Virus record (IMG/VR): IMGVR_UViG_3300028549_001428
Reading direction: 5' to 3' (one strand)
Source: a virus
Taxonomy: Duplodnaviria > Heunggongvirae > Uroviricota > Caudoviricetes
DNA length: 32,977 bases
Made by a program: the position numbers and the translations under genes. The notes under the pieces are model-generated. The model did no database searches and had not been told where the DNA came from. It saw only the letters and a list, made by a program, of their open reading frames with translations. Each line of letters starts with the position of its first letter. The stretch's first letter is position 1. Shown here piece after piece: positions 1-9,463 of this stretch.

Positions 1-127
1 AACAAACTATGAAACCTTCTGATAGGGATGCTAAAATTTTGGTTATCCAAAAAGCATTCAAGGATCATAAGAACACAAAAACCCTTTCACCTTTCTTTAA
101 ATAATTTTTTTTATTTTTTCGGAGAAC

Positions 128-1525
128 TTGATTATGCTTACTGAAAAAGATTTAGAAATATTCAACGCAATGCCCACTTTTGCCGATGGTCGCAAGCGTC
201 TTATTGAAATGACTACAATCAAGCATGAGAATAACTGGCAAGATGTGGCTACTCCCTATGATATTGCAGGGGAAATGATTGACCTCGTTAAACATGATAA
301 TACTAAATATGTTGTTATGTTCTCCTTAGAATTCTTAGAAGTTATGGTAATGGAGAAGGGTATTTCCGCTGATGATATTCTATTCATTTCTGATTTTGAC
401 ATCGAAGGAGATACCGCTGAAAAACTATATGGCGTTACTCATGCAGTCATTAATAAAAATGACGTTATGGTAAATGGCAAATTTACTTTCGATAAATTCA
501 CTAAAGTAGTTAATATTTTTACTTTACCGCTTATAAGTAATCAAGAAGAAATCAACAACTCGGAGATCAACATGAAATTCAATAAACTCGCTGTATTAGG
601 CAACCCTCCTTATCAAATGACCAATATGTCACCGCTATATCACTTTTTTGTTGAATCGGTAATTGATAATCTTAATCCAGATTATTTTTCTATGATTATC
701 CCTAGTCGGTGGATGATTGGTGGAAAGGGACTTGATAAACATCGTGAACGCATGATGAATGATACACGAATGAAAAAGATTGTTCATTTTGGGGGGTCCT
801 CTGAAATTTTCTCAACTGTTGAAATCAAGGGTGGAGTCAATTATTTCTTATTTGAAAAAGATTATTCTGGTGAATGTGAATTTGTGAATGGAAATACATC
901 ATCTAAAAGATTTCTTAATTCACATGATATTATTCTATTAGATAATAATGCATTTACTATTCTTGAAAAAATTACGAATATTACATCTATGTTCATTAAT
1001 CAATCATGTTACAGTACAAATCCATTTGGAGTTGCTACTAATTATAATAATTGGGTAGAATCTGATTGTGATAATGCTATTGTATGTTATGCATCTGGTA
1101 AATCATTACATAAAATTAACTTTTCTGATTTTTCTGATAGTAATAATATTATAGGTAAATACAAAGTATGTATGAGCGAAGCTAATAATGGAGCGACAAC
1201 CGAAGATAAAAATGGAATGAAACGAATGATAGGTGATATATTTATTGTCACTCCCAATGAAATTTGTACACAAACATATATTGTTGTAAACTCATTTGAA
1301 TCCATGAAAGAAGCCGAAAATTTTATTTCTTATATGAAAACAAAGTTATTCCGTTTTATGTTAAGTTTGCGTGTTCTTACTCAGCATATTAACAAAGAAA
1401 AGTTTACATGGGTTCCAGATCAACTTGACTACTCTATGCCTTGGAATGATGTCGAACTATATAAGAAATACAATTTAACACGCCAAGAAATTGCTTATAT
1501 TGAATCCAAGATTAAAGCTATCTAA
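128..1525 (+). CDS. Amino-class (N6-adenine) DNA methyltransferase, Eco57I-like
   Basis: NPPY motif (LGNPPYQ), IIPSRW strand and ATP-x-x-IA-x-EM motif-X-like N-terminus. SD GGAGA at 121-125 favours the ATG at 134. The SAM-binding motif I looks degenerate. Confidence 0.8.
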   Translation: MIMLTEKDLEIFNAMPTFADGRKRLIEMTTIKHENNWQDVATPYDIAGEMIDLVKHDNTKYVVMFSLEFLEVMVMEKGISADDILFISDFDIEGDTAEKLYGVTHAVINKNDVMVNGKFTFDKFTKVVNIFTLPLISNQEEINNSEINMKFNKLAVLGNPPYQMTNMSPLYHFFVESVIDNLNPDYFSMIIPSRWMIGGKGLDKHRERMMNDTRMKKIVHFGGSSEIFSTVEIKGGVNYFLFEKDYSGECEFVNGNTSSKRFLNSHDIILLDNNAFTILEKITNITSMFINQSCYSTNPFGVATNYNNWVESDCDNAIVCYASGKSLHKINFSDFSDSNNIIGKYKVCMSEANNGATTEDKNGMKRMIGDIFIVTPNEICTQTYIVVNSFESMKEAENFISYMKTKLFRFMLSLRVLTQHINKEKFTWVPDQLDYSMPWNDVELYKKYNLTRQEIAYIESKIKAI

Positions 1526-1606
1526 AAACATTTATCAGTTCCTCCAACAAAAGTTGGAGGAATTTTGCTATATTGTTATTTATTAATAACATATGAGGAA
1601 TACTAA

Positions 1607-2074
1607 ATGACAATTGATCTATATCAAGCTATTGTAAATACATTATATACCTTATTTACTGGTGGTATATTGTATTTTACATACATAACAGTCGCACAAT
1701 ACAATAAAAAAATATCACCCCCTAGAAATTATATAGTGGTATCAACTGAAGATATGAGTAGGTATTTAGCTATTAATATAGTTAATGACACTAAATTACC
1801 AATAATGATACAATCATGCTCATTAACAATTTCTGATATTACATTAGGGTTGTTAACTCAACTCATACCACAAATGCCAATTATAATACAACCAAATAAT
1901 AGTACATTATTTTCACAACCATTAGATAATATTATAAATACGTTAAAACAAAATATGAAGTTAGTAACGTATTGGAAATTAAACCCAAATAAAATTTATA
2001 TAGAAATAAACACAAGTACATATACTATTAAATCTAAAATAGATAAATCTATATATAATGAAGTAATTAAATAA
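1607..2074 (+). CDS. Hypothetical protein with N-terminal transmembrane helix
   Basis: 155-aa ORF with GAGG SD and a hydrophobic segment at residues ~8-30. Confidence 0.7.
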   Translation: MTIDLYQAIVNTLYTLFTGGILYFTYITVAQYNKKISPPRNYIVVSTEDMSRYLAINIVNDTKLPIMIQSCSLTISDITLGLLTQLIPQMPIIIQPNNSTLFSQPLDNIINTLKQNMKLVTYWKLNPNKIYIEINTSTYTIKSKIDKSIYNEVIK

Positions 2075-2091
2075 TTTACATTTAATAATTA

Positions 2092-2130
2092 ATAATAAAA
2101 GCACCTTACCAACAGGGTGCTTTTATTTAT
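2092..2130. terminator. Intrinsic terminator (probably bidirectional)
   Basis: AAAAGCACC...GGTGCTTTT inverted repeat with A/T tails. Confidence 0.7.
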
Positions 2131-2301
2131 TACCAATCTATCAACCCATAATTTTTTTACTTTGTTGCTTATATAAGTATGATGCATTGACAAACTTCTA
2201 ATAATTTTCTATATTAGAAAAGGGAACACATAAATGGTACTATATGTACTTTTTACTTTGATGCTTATAGTATAATATCAAACCACTTAATGGAGATTAT
2301 T

Positions 2302-2985
2302 ATGAAACTTGTTATCGTTATGTTACTATTAGCACTAACTTCATTTGCTCAAAAAGATTCACTCATCGCTTTAACTAACACAACTGCATATGATTCCATT
2401 GATGTTGTTACTAATGTAACCATGTTGAATATTGATGCTAATGCCAAATCTACTCAATCAAATGGATATAACACAATCAAATATAAAGTAAGTGTTAGCC
2501 AAACCTCCTTTACTACTAAGTATTGGATCACTAAATCCTTAATACATATTTATGATCGTAATATGTTTAAAATAGGTCATATCGATCTTCGTGAAGATGA
2601 TATGTATTCAACTACTGTGGATATTATAGGAAATGATATACCTGCATATATTATAGTTGAATCTACTAGAATGTGTCGTAAAGAATATCCATACAATGAT
2701 TCACTAAAAGAATGTACCACAAATCCTACATGTACCGATTCCCAATATAGCACAACATATCCAAGTGACTTTGGATATCAATGGAAATGTAACGCAAAAA
2801 TAAAAATGGATTACTCATCTAAACCACTACCTAAGACTGACTATATAGCTAAGACAACCGTATATACAACCACTAAGGATATTAAAGAAGAGAAGAAAGA
2901 CGAAGGTGGTATTTCAGGGACTGGATTACTTACACTTATTGCTATTCCAATTGCAATTGTATTACTACTTAGTGCAGGTAACTAA
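2302..2985 (+). CDS. Hypothetical secreted or membrane-anchored protein
   Basis: GGAGA SD favours the ATG at 2302. Signal-peptide-like N-terminus (MKLVIVMLLLALTSFAQ) and C-terminal hydrophobic helix. Confidence 0.75.
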   Translation: MKLVIVMLLLALTSFAQKDSLIALTNTTAYDSIDVVTNVTMLNIDANAKSTQSNGYNTIKYKVSVSQTSFTTKYWITKSLIHIYDRNMFKIGHIDLREDDMYSTTVDIIGNDIPAYIIVESTRMCRKEYPYNDSLKECTTNPTCTDSQYSTTYPSDFGYQWKCNAKIKMDYSSKPLPKTDYIAKTTVYTTTKDIKEEKKDEGGISGTGLLTLIAIPIAIVLLLSAGN

Positions 2986-3043
2986 TTTTTACTTTGGTGC
3001 TTATAGTATAGTATCAAGAGAAACTAACAACAAAGGGAATCAA

Positions 3044-4723
3044 ATGTTTATTAATATATTCAAGAGTGGTACGAAGGTAGATGTAGTAAGTTTGAATAGT
3101 GAGGTAACGCTTGCGTCAAATTTACCTAAGTCACTTAGAGTAGAATATAAGCCTAATTATTCAACCTTTGACAATTGGGTACGTAATAATCGTGAGCATC
3201 AAATGGATGCTTTAGAATTGATACAGAAGAATGTAATTGGTCAAGTATCCCTCCCTACTGGTACTGGCAAGACTCGTGTGCAGATTGCTACTCATGTTAG
3301 CAAGATGATTGAAATGACTAAGAAGAATGAATATGGAGTATTTGTAGTAGGTGCTCATCGCCTTGCTCTTTGTTCTCAATTGCTTACTGAAATGATTACT
3401 GTTGCTGTGAATGCTGGTCTTCCTTTTGATATTCTTTTCATCGGTTCTGATCGTTTTTCTGATGATAAAGTACATTGCAAGTTCAAAAACAAAGGTTTTA
3501 ATGCCTATGTGAATGAAGCAACTTCTACCACTCGTTCTAATGAAGTTCGTGAAGCAGTAGAAAAAGCACATTCAAAAAATCGCCATGTAATTTGTGTATC
3601 TACTTATCATTCATTTGACAAGTTGGATGCGTTGGACGCAATTACTATGTGTACTTATGATGAAGCACATACACTAATTGCAGATAATTTCACGGAAAAT
3701 ATTTTGGTAGTAAAGCCAAAAATAAATTTTAATTTTTTCTTTACTGCCACGAGAAGAGTACAGGGTGATAGTGAAGGAATGAATAATATTGAAATTTTTG
3801 GTGAGGTACTTGTCGAGGTTGCTCCAAGAAAGATGATCCAAAAGGGTGAGATTGTTCCACCTAAGTTACATATTATCCAAACTGATACAGAAGGTGATTT
3901 TGAGAATCACACTATGCTTGTAAGAACTGTAATCACAGGATATGAACAACATAAGAATTTAGTTAAGCGTGAATCTTCTGATGCTGATTCAATTGGTGCT
4001 AAGTTATTGATTACCACAACAGGTAATCTTGAGATGTTTGAGCTTCACAATGATATTGGCTTTCAAGCCTATTGTCGTGAAAATAAAATTAAAATTTTTG
4101 CTTTTTCGTCTAGTGAAGGTGTGTTCTACAATTTTGAAAAGGTGAATCGTTCATTGGCATTGGATGAAATGGGTAAGATGTCAGATGAAGAAGATGCTAT
4201 TATGATTCACATTGATATTTTGACTGAGGGTATTGACCTTCCTTCGGTAACTGGTGTGATGCCATTTCGTGAATTGAATACTGTAAAATTGTTACAAACA
4301 ATTGGTCGTGGTTCACGTTTATTGAAGGGTGATCGGATTCGTTTATATAGTGGTGAATTGGCTCCTATGGACTGGCAGGGATATGTTAAGCCTTGTGTAT
4401 GGGTAATCCTTCCAGAGCACTTTAGAAGCCTTGGAAATGCCCAAGCAATGAAGAATACCATTCGTACCATTGTGAACTCTTATGAGGTTCCTGTGGAGGA
4501 ATACAATGCTATTGATCGGTACTTGGCGATTAGTGACGATGATGCTGATAGAATTACTGAGCATGATCGTGTTAATCGTCGTGATGCTGAAACAGGATTG
4601 ACGCATACTATTGAGGAAGTTATGACAGAGCGATTCAATTTCATTGAAGCTGTTAAGAATCCTCTTGATGCTATGAAATTGTGGTTGGCTAGTGGTAAGA
4701 AAAGCAAGCGGATTGAAGTATAA
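3044..4723 (+). CDS. Superfamily 2 helicase/ATPase (ResIII/DEAD-like)
   Basis: Motifs LPTGTGKT, YDEAH, FTAT, LTEGIDLP and QTIGRGSR. Start reassigned to the ATG at 3044 after an AGGGA SD. Confidence 0.9.
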   Translation: MFINIFKSGTKVDVVSLNSEVTLASNLPKSLRVEYKPNYSTFDNWVRNNREHQMDALELIQKNVIGQVSLPTGTGKTRVQIATHVSKMIEMTKKNEYGVFVVGAHRLALCSQLLTEMITVAVNAGLPFDILFIGSDRFSDDKVHCKFKNKGFNAYVNEATSTTRSNEVREAVEKAHSKNRHVICVSTYHSFDKLDALDAITMCTYDEAHTLIADNFTENILVVKPKINFNFFFTATRRVQGDSEGMNNIEIFGEVLVEVAPRKMIQKGEIVPPKLHIIQTDTEGDFENHTMLVRTVITGYEQHKNLVKRESSDADSIGAKLLITTTGNLEMFELHNDIGFQAYCRENKIKIFAFSSSEGVFYNFEKVNRSLALDEMGKMSDEEDAIMIHIDILTEGIDLPSVTGVMPFRELNTVKLLQTIGRGSRLLKGDRIRLYSGELAPMDWQGYVKPCVWVILPEHFRSLGNAQAMKNTIRTIVNSYEVPVEEYNAIDRYLAISDDDADRITEHDRVNRRDAETGLTHTIEEVMTERFNFIEAVKNPLDAMKLWLASGKKSKRIEV

Positions 4724-4769
4724 TTTTTACTTTGATGCTTATATATAATTAATCAAAAAGGAGATTATT

Positions 4770-4937
4770 ATGACGACTAACAAGACTACTGAAACTGTGA
4801 TGTGTGATTACTACACAAAAACTAATGAGGGATTGAAGCAAGAATATGGTGAAGTGAATCAATCGGATTTGGGTGAAGTCAAGGGATTTGACTTGCCTGT
4901 GCATAAGAATTTGAACAAGTTGCTTACGAAGAAGTAG
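4770..4937 (+). CDS. Small hypothetical protein (55 aa, not in ORF track)
   Basis: AAGGAG SD plus ATG at 4770, MTTNKTTETV...LLTKK, TAG at 4935-4937; preceded by the intergenic motif. Confidence 0.65.
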   Translation: MTTNKTTETVMCDYYTKTNEGLKQEYGEVNQSDLGEVKGFDLPVHKNLNKLLTKK

Positions 4938-4944
4938 GATTTAT

Positions 4945-5532
4945 ATGCTCAAATGCACGATGCTTCATAGTTTTCCACGAGAGTATTTTGATCTGTATCG
5001 GTTGGCAGAGAATGGATTTACCTTCCGTGAATGGAACAATGAGGTTCTTAGGTTAGCTCGTGGATTGAATTTGGATGATGATACTCGTAACAAATTCAAA
5101 GGTGATATGTTGGAAGTCTTTTCGGAAATCTTTTTCAAGAACTTTGAAAGTGATGAAGGGTTAGGACTTACGGAATATCAGCCTATTGATATAAATGATG
5201 ACTATGGCGTAGATGCTCGTGGAGTCAATGTGAATGGTCATCATACGGCTGTTCAGGTGAAGTATCGTAATCCAGAAGATAAGATTAGTTATGCCGATAT
5301 TGCAAGGACTTTCACAAGTGCTGTGTTACAATTGCACATGACTGATGTAATCAATCAGGATAGAACAGTATTTTTATTTACTAATGCTGGTGGTGTTACA
5401 GGTGCATTTGATACGGTAATGCAGAAGAAAACGGTAATCATTACACGTAATATGATTTCTACTAAGGTAGATAATAATGTAACCTTTTGGAAGAATGCAT
5501 ATGATTTGATTTATAGGACATTGGATTGTTAG
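4945..5532 (+). CDS. PD-(D/E)XK nuclease, Mrr-like restriction endonuclease domain
   Basis: KGDMLE helix, DYGVD and AVQVK (D...QxK) motifs typical of Mrr-family nucleases. Confidence 0.75.
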   Translation: MLKCTMLHSFPREYFDLYRLAENGFTFREWNNEVLRLARGLNLDDDTRNKFKGDMLEVFSEIFFKNFESDEGLGLTEYQPIDINDDYGVDARGVNVNGHHTAVQVKYRNPEDKISYADIARTFTSAVLQLHMTDVINQDRTVFLFTNAGGVTGAFDTVMQKKTVIITRNMISTKVDNNVTFWKNAYDLIYRTLDC

Positions 5533-5574
5533 TTTTTGCTTTGGTGCTTATAGTATAGTAACAAAGGAGATTAC

Positions 5575-6084
5575 ATGAAGAAGATGACTGAAATGACTGA
5601 GAATGATTTACGGTTTGAGGATGTAGTTACTCCATTGGTTGAGTGGATTCGTAAGAAGTGGAATTGGAAAGGATTGAAGCCAAAGAAGTACAAAAAGTAT
5701 CTTGAGAATTACCAAGATTATCAAGATATGGATGATTTGGATATCAAACGTTTTGAAGGTGCATTGAATAACAATATAATAAGCCTTACATTCCCTGAAC
5801 AGACTTCTATTTGTCATGTTGCCTATGATGATACTAATCAAGGTCGTGATCCCCTTACTGTGCTTATATCGGCTTCTGTGACCTATGGAATGTCCATACA
5901 TCGCCAAAGGGTTAAATTAGGCAATACCAAGATGATGGAAAATCGCAACAAAATGCTCCAATATGATATTGACTTTTACAAATCCCAAATTGACCTAGTT
6001 CCTACCGAACAAAAGGAATTAGTTAGCATGATGGTGAATACATTGGAAAAACAAAAATTGGAATGGTTCATGTTTAACGACTAA
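5575..6084 (+). CDS. Hypothetical protein
   Basis: 169-aa ORF with AAGGAG SD and the upstream motif. Confidence 0.8.
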   Translation: MKKMTEMTENDLRFEDVVTPLVEWIRKKWNWKGLKPKKYKKYLENYQDYQDMDDLDIKRFEGALNNNIISLTFPEQTSICHVAYDDTNQGRDPLTVLISASVTYGMSIHRQRVKLGNTKMMENRNKMLQYDIDFYKSQIDLVPTEQKELVSMMVNTLEKQKLEWFMFND

Positions 6085-6143
6085 CTTTTTACTTTGGTGC
6101 TTATAGTATAGTAGGAAAAGAAACCAAAACAAAGGATATCAAA

Positions 6144-6857
6144 ATGGCTCGTGTCGCAACTCTTGATAAAAACTGTCGTGTAAAGACTCTTGTTTCCATC
6201 ACTGGTGACAAGTACAAAAATTACAAAGTGATTCTTGTTGATACCTTTTATCGCAAGGTTTATCGTGGTGATGCTATACATTGTTCTATTCGCCATGAAG
6301 ATAGAATCAAGGCACTACAGGAACAAATCCTCAAATTGGAATCTCGTAATCCCAAGGATTTTGCATTGACTGAATGTGAAATTGGTGCATCTACTCTCAC
6401 TGATGCGCATGATTATGTATACAAGTTACTCACGCTGGAAGGCTGGCACCAGTACCGTGCTGGTATGATTTCTGGCATTCATGAAGAAATCAAGAAGGAA
6501 GAAATCTGTATCAAATATCGTGATCGTGAAAAACGTGAATGCGCCACTTACAATTTTGGTACTCCTTGGAAGAAAGCTATTCTGTCTGGTAGTCATGATG
6601 GTATATTTAGAAAGGACGATTGGGAAATTTGCGGAATGGTTGGTAGAACTACCAAGGAAATTTCCCAAAATAACAAAAACGTTTCCGATTGGAAAGAACG
6701 TGAATTGAAGCGTCTCAAGGATATTCTTACCAAGCTGAATGAAAACATTGCTTTGATGGAATCCCTTGATGTGAATGAAGTCCAAAGCTGGATGGATGCA
6801 TTGAAGGTGAACGCAACCGAGTATATTGAAAATGGGTTGGATCACGAATTCGAATAA
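6144..6857 (+). CDS. Hypothetical protein
   Basis: 237-aa ORF with AAGGA SD and the upstream motif. Confidence 0.8.
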   Translation: MARVATLDKNCRVKTLVSITGDKYKNYKVILVDTFYRKVYRGDAIHCSIRHEDRIKALQEQILKLESRNPKDFALTECEIGASTLTDAHDYVYKLLTLEGWHQYRAGMISGIHEEIKKEEICIKYRDREKRECATYNFGTPWKKAILSGSHDGIFRKDDWEICGMVGRTTKEISQNNKNVSDWKERELKRLKDILTKLNENIALMESLDVNEVQSWMDALKVNATEYIENGLDHEFE

Positions 6858-6909
6858 TTTTTTTTATTTTTACTTTGTCGCTTATATTATAGTAACAAAG
6901 GAGATACTT

Positions 6910-7359
6910 ATGACTACACTATGGTTTGATCTTGAAATGACTTTGATTGATGCATTTGATAAATTGCCATGTGTAGTCAATGAGGAAAAAATTTTTAATT
7001 TTTTGAATACTATTGAACCTGATCGCATTGGTATCTTTAGCTTTGCTCTATGGACAGAAGAAGATAGGAAGCGTTTCAATACACTAATGAAACCATTCCT
7101 AGAACATCATTTCAATATGGTTATTGATCCTACCCTCATTCCAATTAAACCAGAACTATTCAAAAGCATTAAGACACACCCTAGACAAAAAGGATTGTGT
7201 ATTGATGCTAATGATTTCAATGACTTCTGGGATAAGCAATTGGCATTTATGGATTGGATAAAGATTGAACATACTGGTACACATATTCTAATTGATGATA
7301 TGGTGGAAGATTGTTCAATGACATTTCCTACTTGCTCTATTCAAATGATTCACATCTAA
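6910..7359 (+). CDS. HAD-superfamily-like protein
   Basis: N-terminal FDLEMTL (DxD/ExT-like) and C-terminal LIDD. SD supports the ATG at 6910. Confidence 0.5.
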   Translation: MTTLWFDLEMTLIDAFDKLPCVVNEEKIFNFLNTIEPDRIGIFSFALWTEEDRKRFNTLMKPFLEHHFNMVIDPTLIPIKPELFKSIKTHPRQKGLCIDANDFNDFWDKQLAFMDWIKIEHTGTHILIDDMVEDCSMTFPTCSIQMIHI

Positions 7360-7417
7360 GTTTTTTACTTTGATGCTTATAGTATAGTAGGAAAGAGAAA
7401 CAACTAAGGAGTTACAA

Positions 7418-8002
7418 ATGAAAATTCTATGTGCCTGTGAAGAAAGTCAAGCTGTTACCAAGGAATTCCGCAAGCTGGGTCATGAAGCATATTCTTGTGA
7501 TATTCTTCCTACCAGTGGTTCAAATCCTGAATGGCATTTGCAACAGGATGTTACCGAACTTCTGAAACAAGATTGGGATATGATTATTGCATTCCCACCT
7601 TGCACCCATTTGGCAGTAAGTGGTTCACGTCACTTTGCACAAAAGCAAGCTGATGGTCGCCAGCAAGAAGGCATTGATTTCTTTATGCTGTTTGCCAATG
7701 CAAAGTGTGAAAAGATTTGCATTGAGAACCCTATTGGGATCATGTCAAGTATGTGGCGCAAGCCAGATCAAATTGTCCAGCCTTGGATGTTTGGTCATGC
7801 TGAATCCAAGGCTACTTGTTTCTGGTTGAAGGGATTGCCAAAGTTGGTTGAAACCGATAATGTCAAGGCTCACTTTGATACACTTCCAAAGAACCAGCAA
7901 CAGCGTATTCACTACTTGCCACCTAGCAAGGATCGTGGACATTTAAGGTCAAAAACCTTCAGCGGAATTGCGCAAGCTATGGCCTCCCAATGGGGAAAAT
8001 AA
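7418..8002 (+). CDS. Short phage-type DNA cytosine-5 methyltransferase
   Basis: ACEESQ start, SCDI, catalytic AFPPCT and IENP motifs. Confidence 0.8.
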   Translation: MKILCACEESQAVTKEFRKLGHEAYSCDILPTSGSNPEWHLQQDVTELLKQDWDMIIAFPPCTHLAVSGSRHFAQKQADGRQQEGIDFFMLFANAKCEKICIENPIGIMSSMWRKPDQIVQPWMFGHAESKATCFWLKGLPKLVETDNVKAHFDTLPKNQQQRIHYLPPSKDRGHLRSKTFSGIAQAMASQWGK

Positions 8003-8068
8003 TTTTTTTATTTTTTTACTTTGATGCTTATAGTATAGTAGAAACAAAACCAAACAAAGGAATTCATT

Positions 8069-8413
8069 ATGAAGTTAAAGATTATATCGACTCGCAGATT
8101 TACCTATCCCACCCAAACAACTCAACAGGAGTTATTTCTAGAAATATATCAGAATGGTACGATTGAGGTGGATGTTAATACAGCAATTGGTAATTCAGTA
8201 CCATCCAAGGTATGGCATCGTGAAATTCTGCGGTGTGGAATTCCTAGTGGAATGACTCGTTCTGATATTAAAGAATTTTATCGTGCCAATAAATCACTAT
8301 TTGCGATTATTGTTAAAGGGTTTACAAGTGAATGGAATGGCGGTAATCATGTTGGTGTATTAACTGATGACGCTCAAGAGGCATTGGAAGACATTGAATA
8401 TAAGCTATTCTAA
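8069..8413 (+). CDS. Hypothetical protein
   Basis: 114-aa ORF with SD and the upstream motif. Confidence 0.75.
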   Translation: MKLKIISTRRFTYPTQTTQQELFLEIYQNGTIEVDVNTAIGNSVPSKVWHREILRCGIPSGMTRSDIKEFYRANKSLFAIIVKGFTSEWNGGNHVGVLTDDAQEALEDIEYKLF

Positions 8414-8559
8414 TACATTGAATCAATAGTTTTTACTGGGCATTCCATTGTTGTACATCAAACGTGGTCGCCCAGCTAAACTAGCTGCATAATCTATTAA
8501 CATTTTATCCACATATTATCAACAGTATGTGGATAGATTAATTTAATATTTTATTTAAT

Positions 8560-8596
8560 AAAAAAACAATCTACCAGAGGTGATAGATTGTTTTTA
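8560..8596. terminator. Bidirectional intrinsic terminator
   Basis: AAAAAACAATCTA...TAGATTGTTTTT inverted repeat. Confidence 0.7.
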
Positions 8597-8599
8597 GAT

Positions 8600-8840
8600 A
8601 ATATACAGCATATATGAATTGCTATATTGTTAGCTGCCTCATGCAATAGTGAAATTGCATGATCCTAACCATAATGGTTCGGACTTGGTTTCTCAACAAG
8701 ATCATTTGATATTGTTGTTTCATGGAACTTTTCAGCTCTAAGAAAACGATTCACTGACCATAGTTAACTCACCGATTACTCGGTGAACCAGAGTTACAAT
8801 CTCCACGGACTTTAAATTTCCAGAGGCACTGGGTATAATA
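8600..8840 (-). ncRNA. Structured ncRNA resembling an IS200/IS605 tnpB right-end (reRNA) element, orphan
   Basis: The minus strand reads ACCCAGTGCCTCTGGAAATTTAAAGTCCGTGGAG...hairpin TCACCG/CGGTGA...hairpin ATGCAAT/ATTGCAT-GAGGCAGCTAAC. A TATATT -10 lies at 8848-8843 and a terminator lies downstream. Confidence 0.45.
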
Positions 8841-8947
8841 CTAATATAGCTTATTTTTATAGAAATTAAAATATTATTTACATACATATTTTTACAATTA
8901 TATGCTATATTTGGATTTAGATTAATACATAACATAAGGAGTTATAT

Positions 8948-9103
8948 ATGGCAACGAATCTATGGACTGATAGCGAAAGAGTTGAGTTTTTGAAACACGT
9001 ACTCAATAAGGTTCCCACAAGCAAGATTTCTCATCGCATGAGCAGAACAGAATCGGCTCTACGTGCAGAAGCATCTCGCCTTGGTATTTCGCTACGAAAG
9101 TAA
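8948..9103 (+). CDS. Small Myb/SANT-like HTH protein (51 aa, not in ORF track)
   Basis: AAGGAG SD; MATNLWTDSERVEFLK...RTESALRAEASRLGISLRK. Confidence 0.65.
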   Translation: MATNLWTDSERVEFLKHVLNKVPTSKISHRMSRTESALRAEASRLGISLRK

Positions 9104-9204
9104 TAACATACTTTCTATAAAACCACTCTCGGAAACTTGGGTGGTTTTTTTACTTTGATGCTTATAGTATATTAGGAAAAGAACCCAAATAACGGAGATA
9201 CAAA

Positions 9205-9423
9205 ATGAACGCATATGGAATGGAATTGAATGCAAGTGTCACTTGGACTGATGCTGATGAACAAAAGCATAGTGGTGTGTTGCTTGACACTGTAGCAGAA
9301 GCTGATGGTTGTGGTCATTTCCTTGTACTTGAAAACTATGATGGTGGGATTGATGAAGTCCCTGTATCTATGGTCAATAAGGCTGTCAATCCCGATGGAA
9401 AAAAGATTAAGCCTAACGATTAA
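9205..9423 (+). CDS. Hypothetical protein
   Basis: 72-aa ORF with GGAGA SD and the upstream motif. Confidence 0.7.
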   Translation: MNAYGMELNASVTWTDADEQKHSGVLLDTVAEADGCGHFLVLENYDGGIDEVPVSMVNKAVNPDGKKIKPND

Positions 9424-9429
9424 AAAACA

Positions 9430-9458
9430 TTGACAACGACTAATGAATTAACTATATT
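9430..9458 (+). promoter_or_regulatory. Sigma70-type promoter TTGACA-17-TATATT
   Basis: The same architecture recurs on + at 2187, 9616, 10895, 16945, 19382, 21912 and 31008, and on - at 28009 and 29517 (30961 has TTGACT). Confidence 0.8.
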
Positions 9459-9463
9459 AGTCT

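Noticed and set aside
2900-2985. GlyGly-CTERM-like sorting signal
   Set aside because: It has GG and a TM helix but lacks the basic C-terminal tail.
4935-4937. Possible stop-codon reassignment as seen in some jumbo phages
   Set aside because: Genes end normally at TAA, TAG and TGA, and long ORFs are intact in the standard code.
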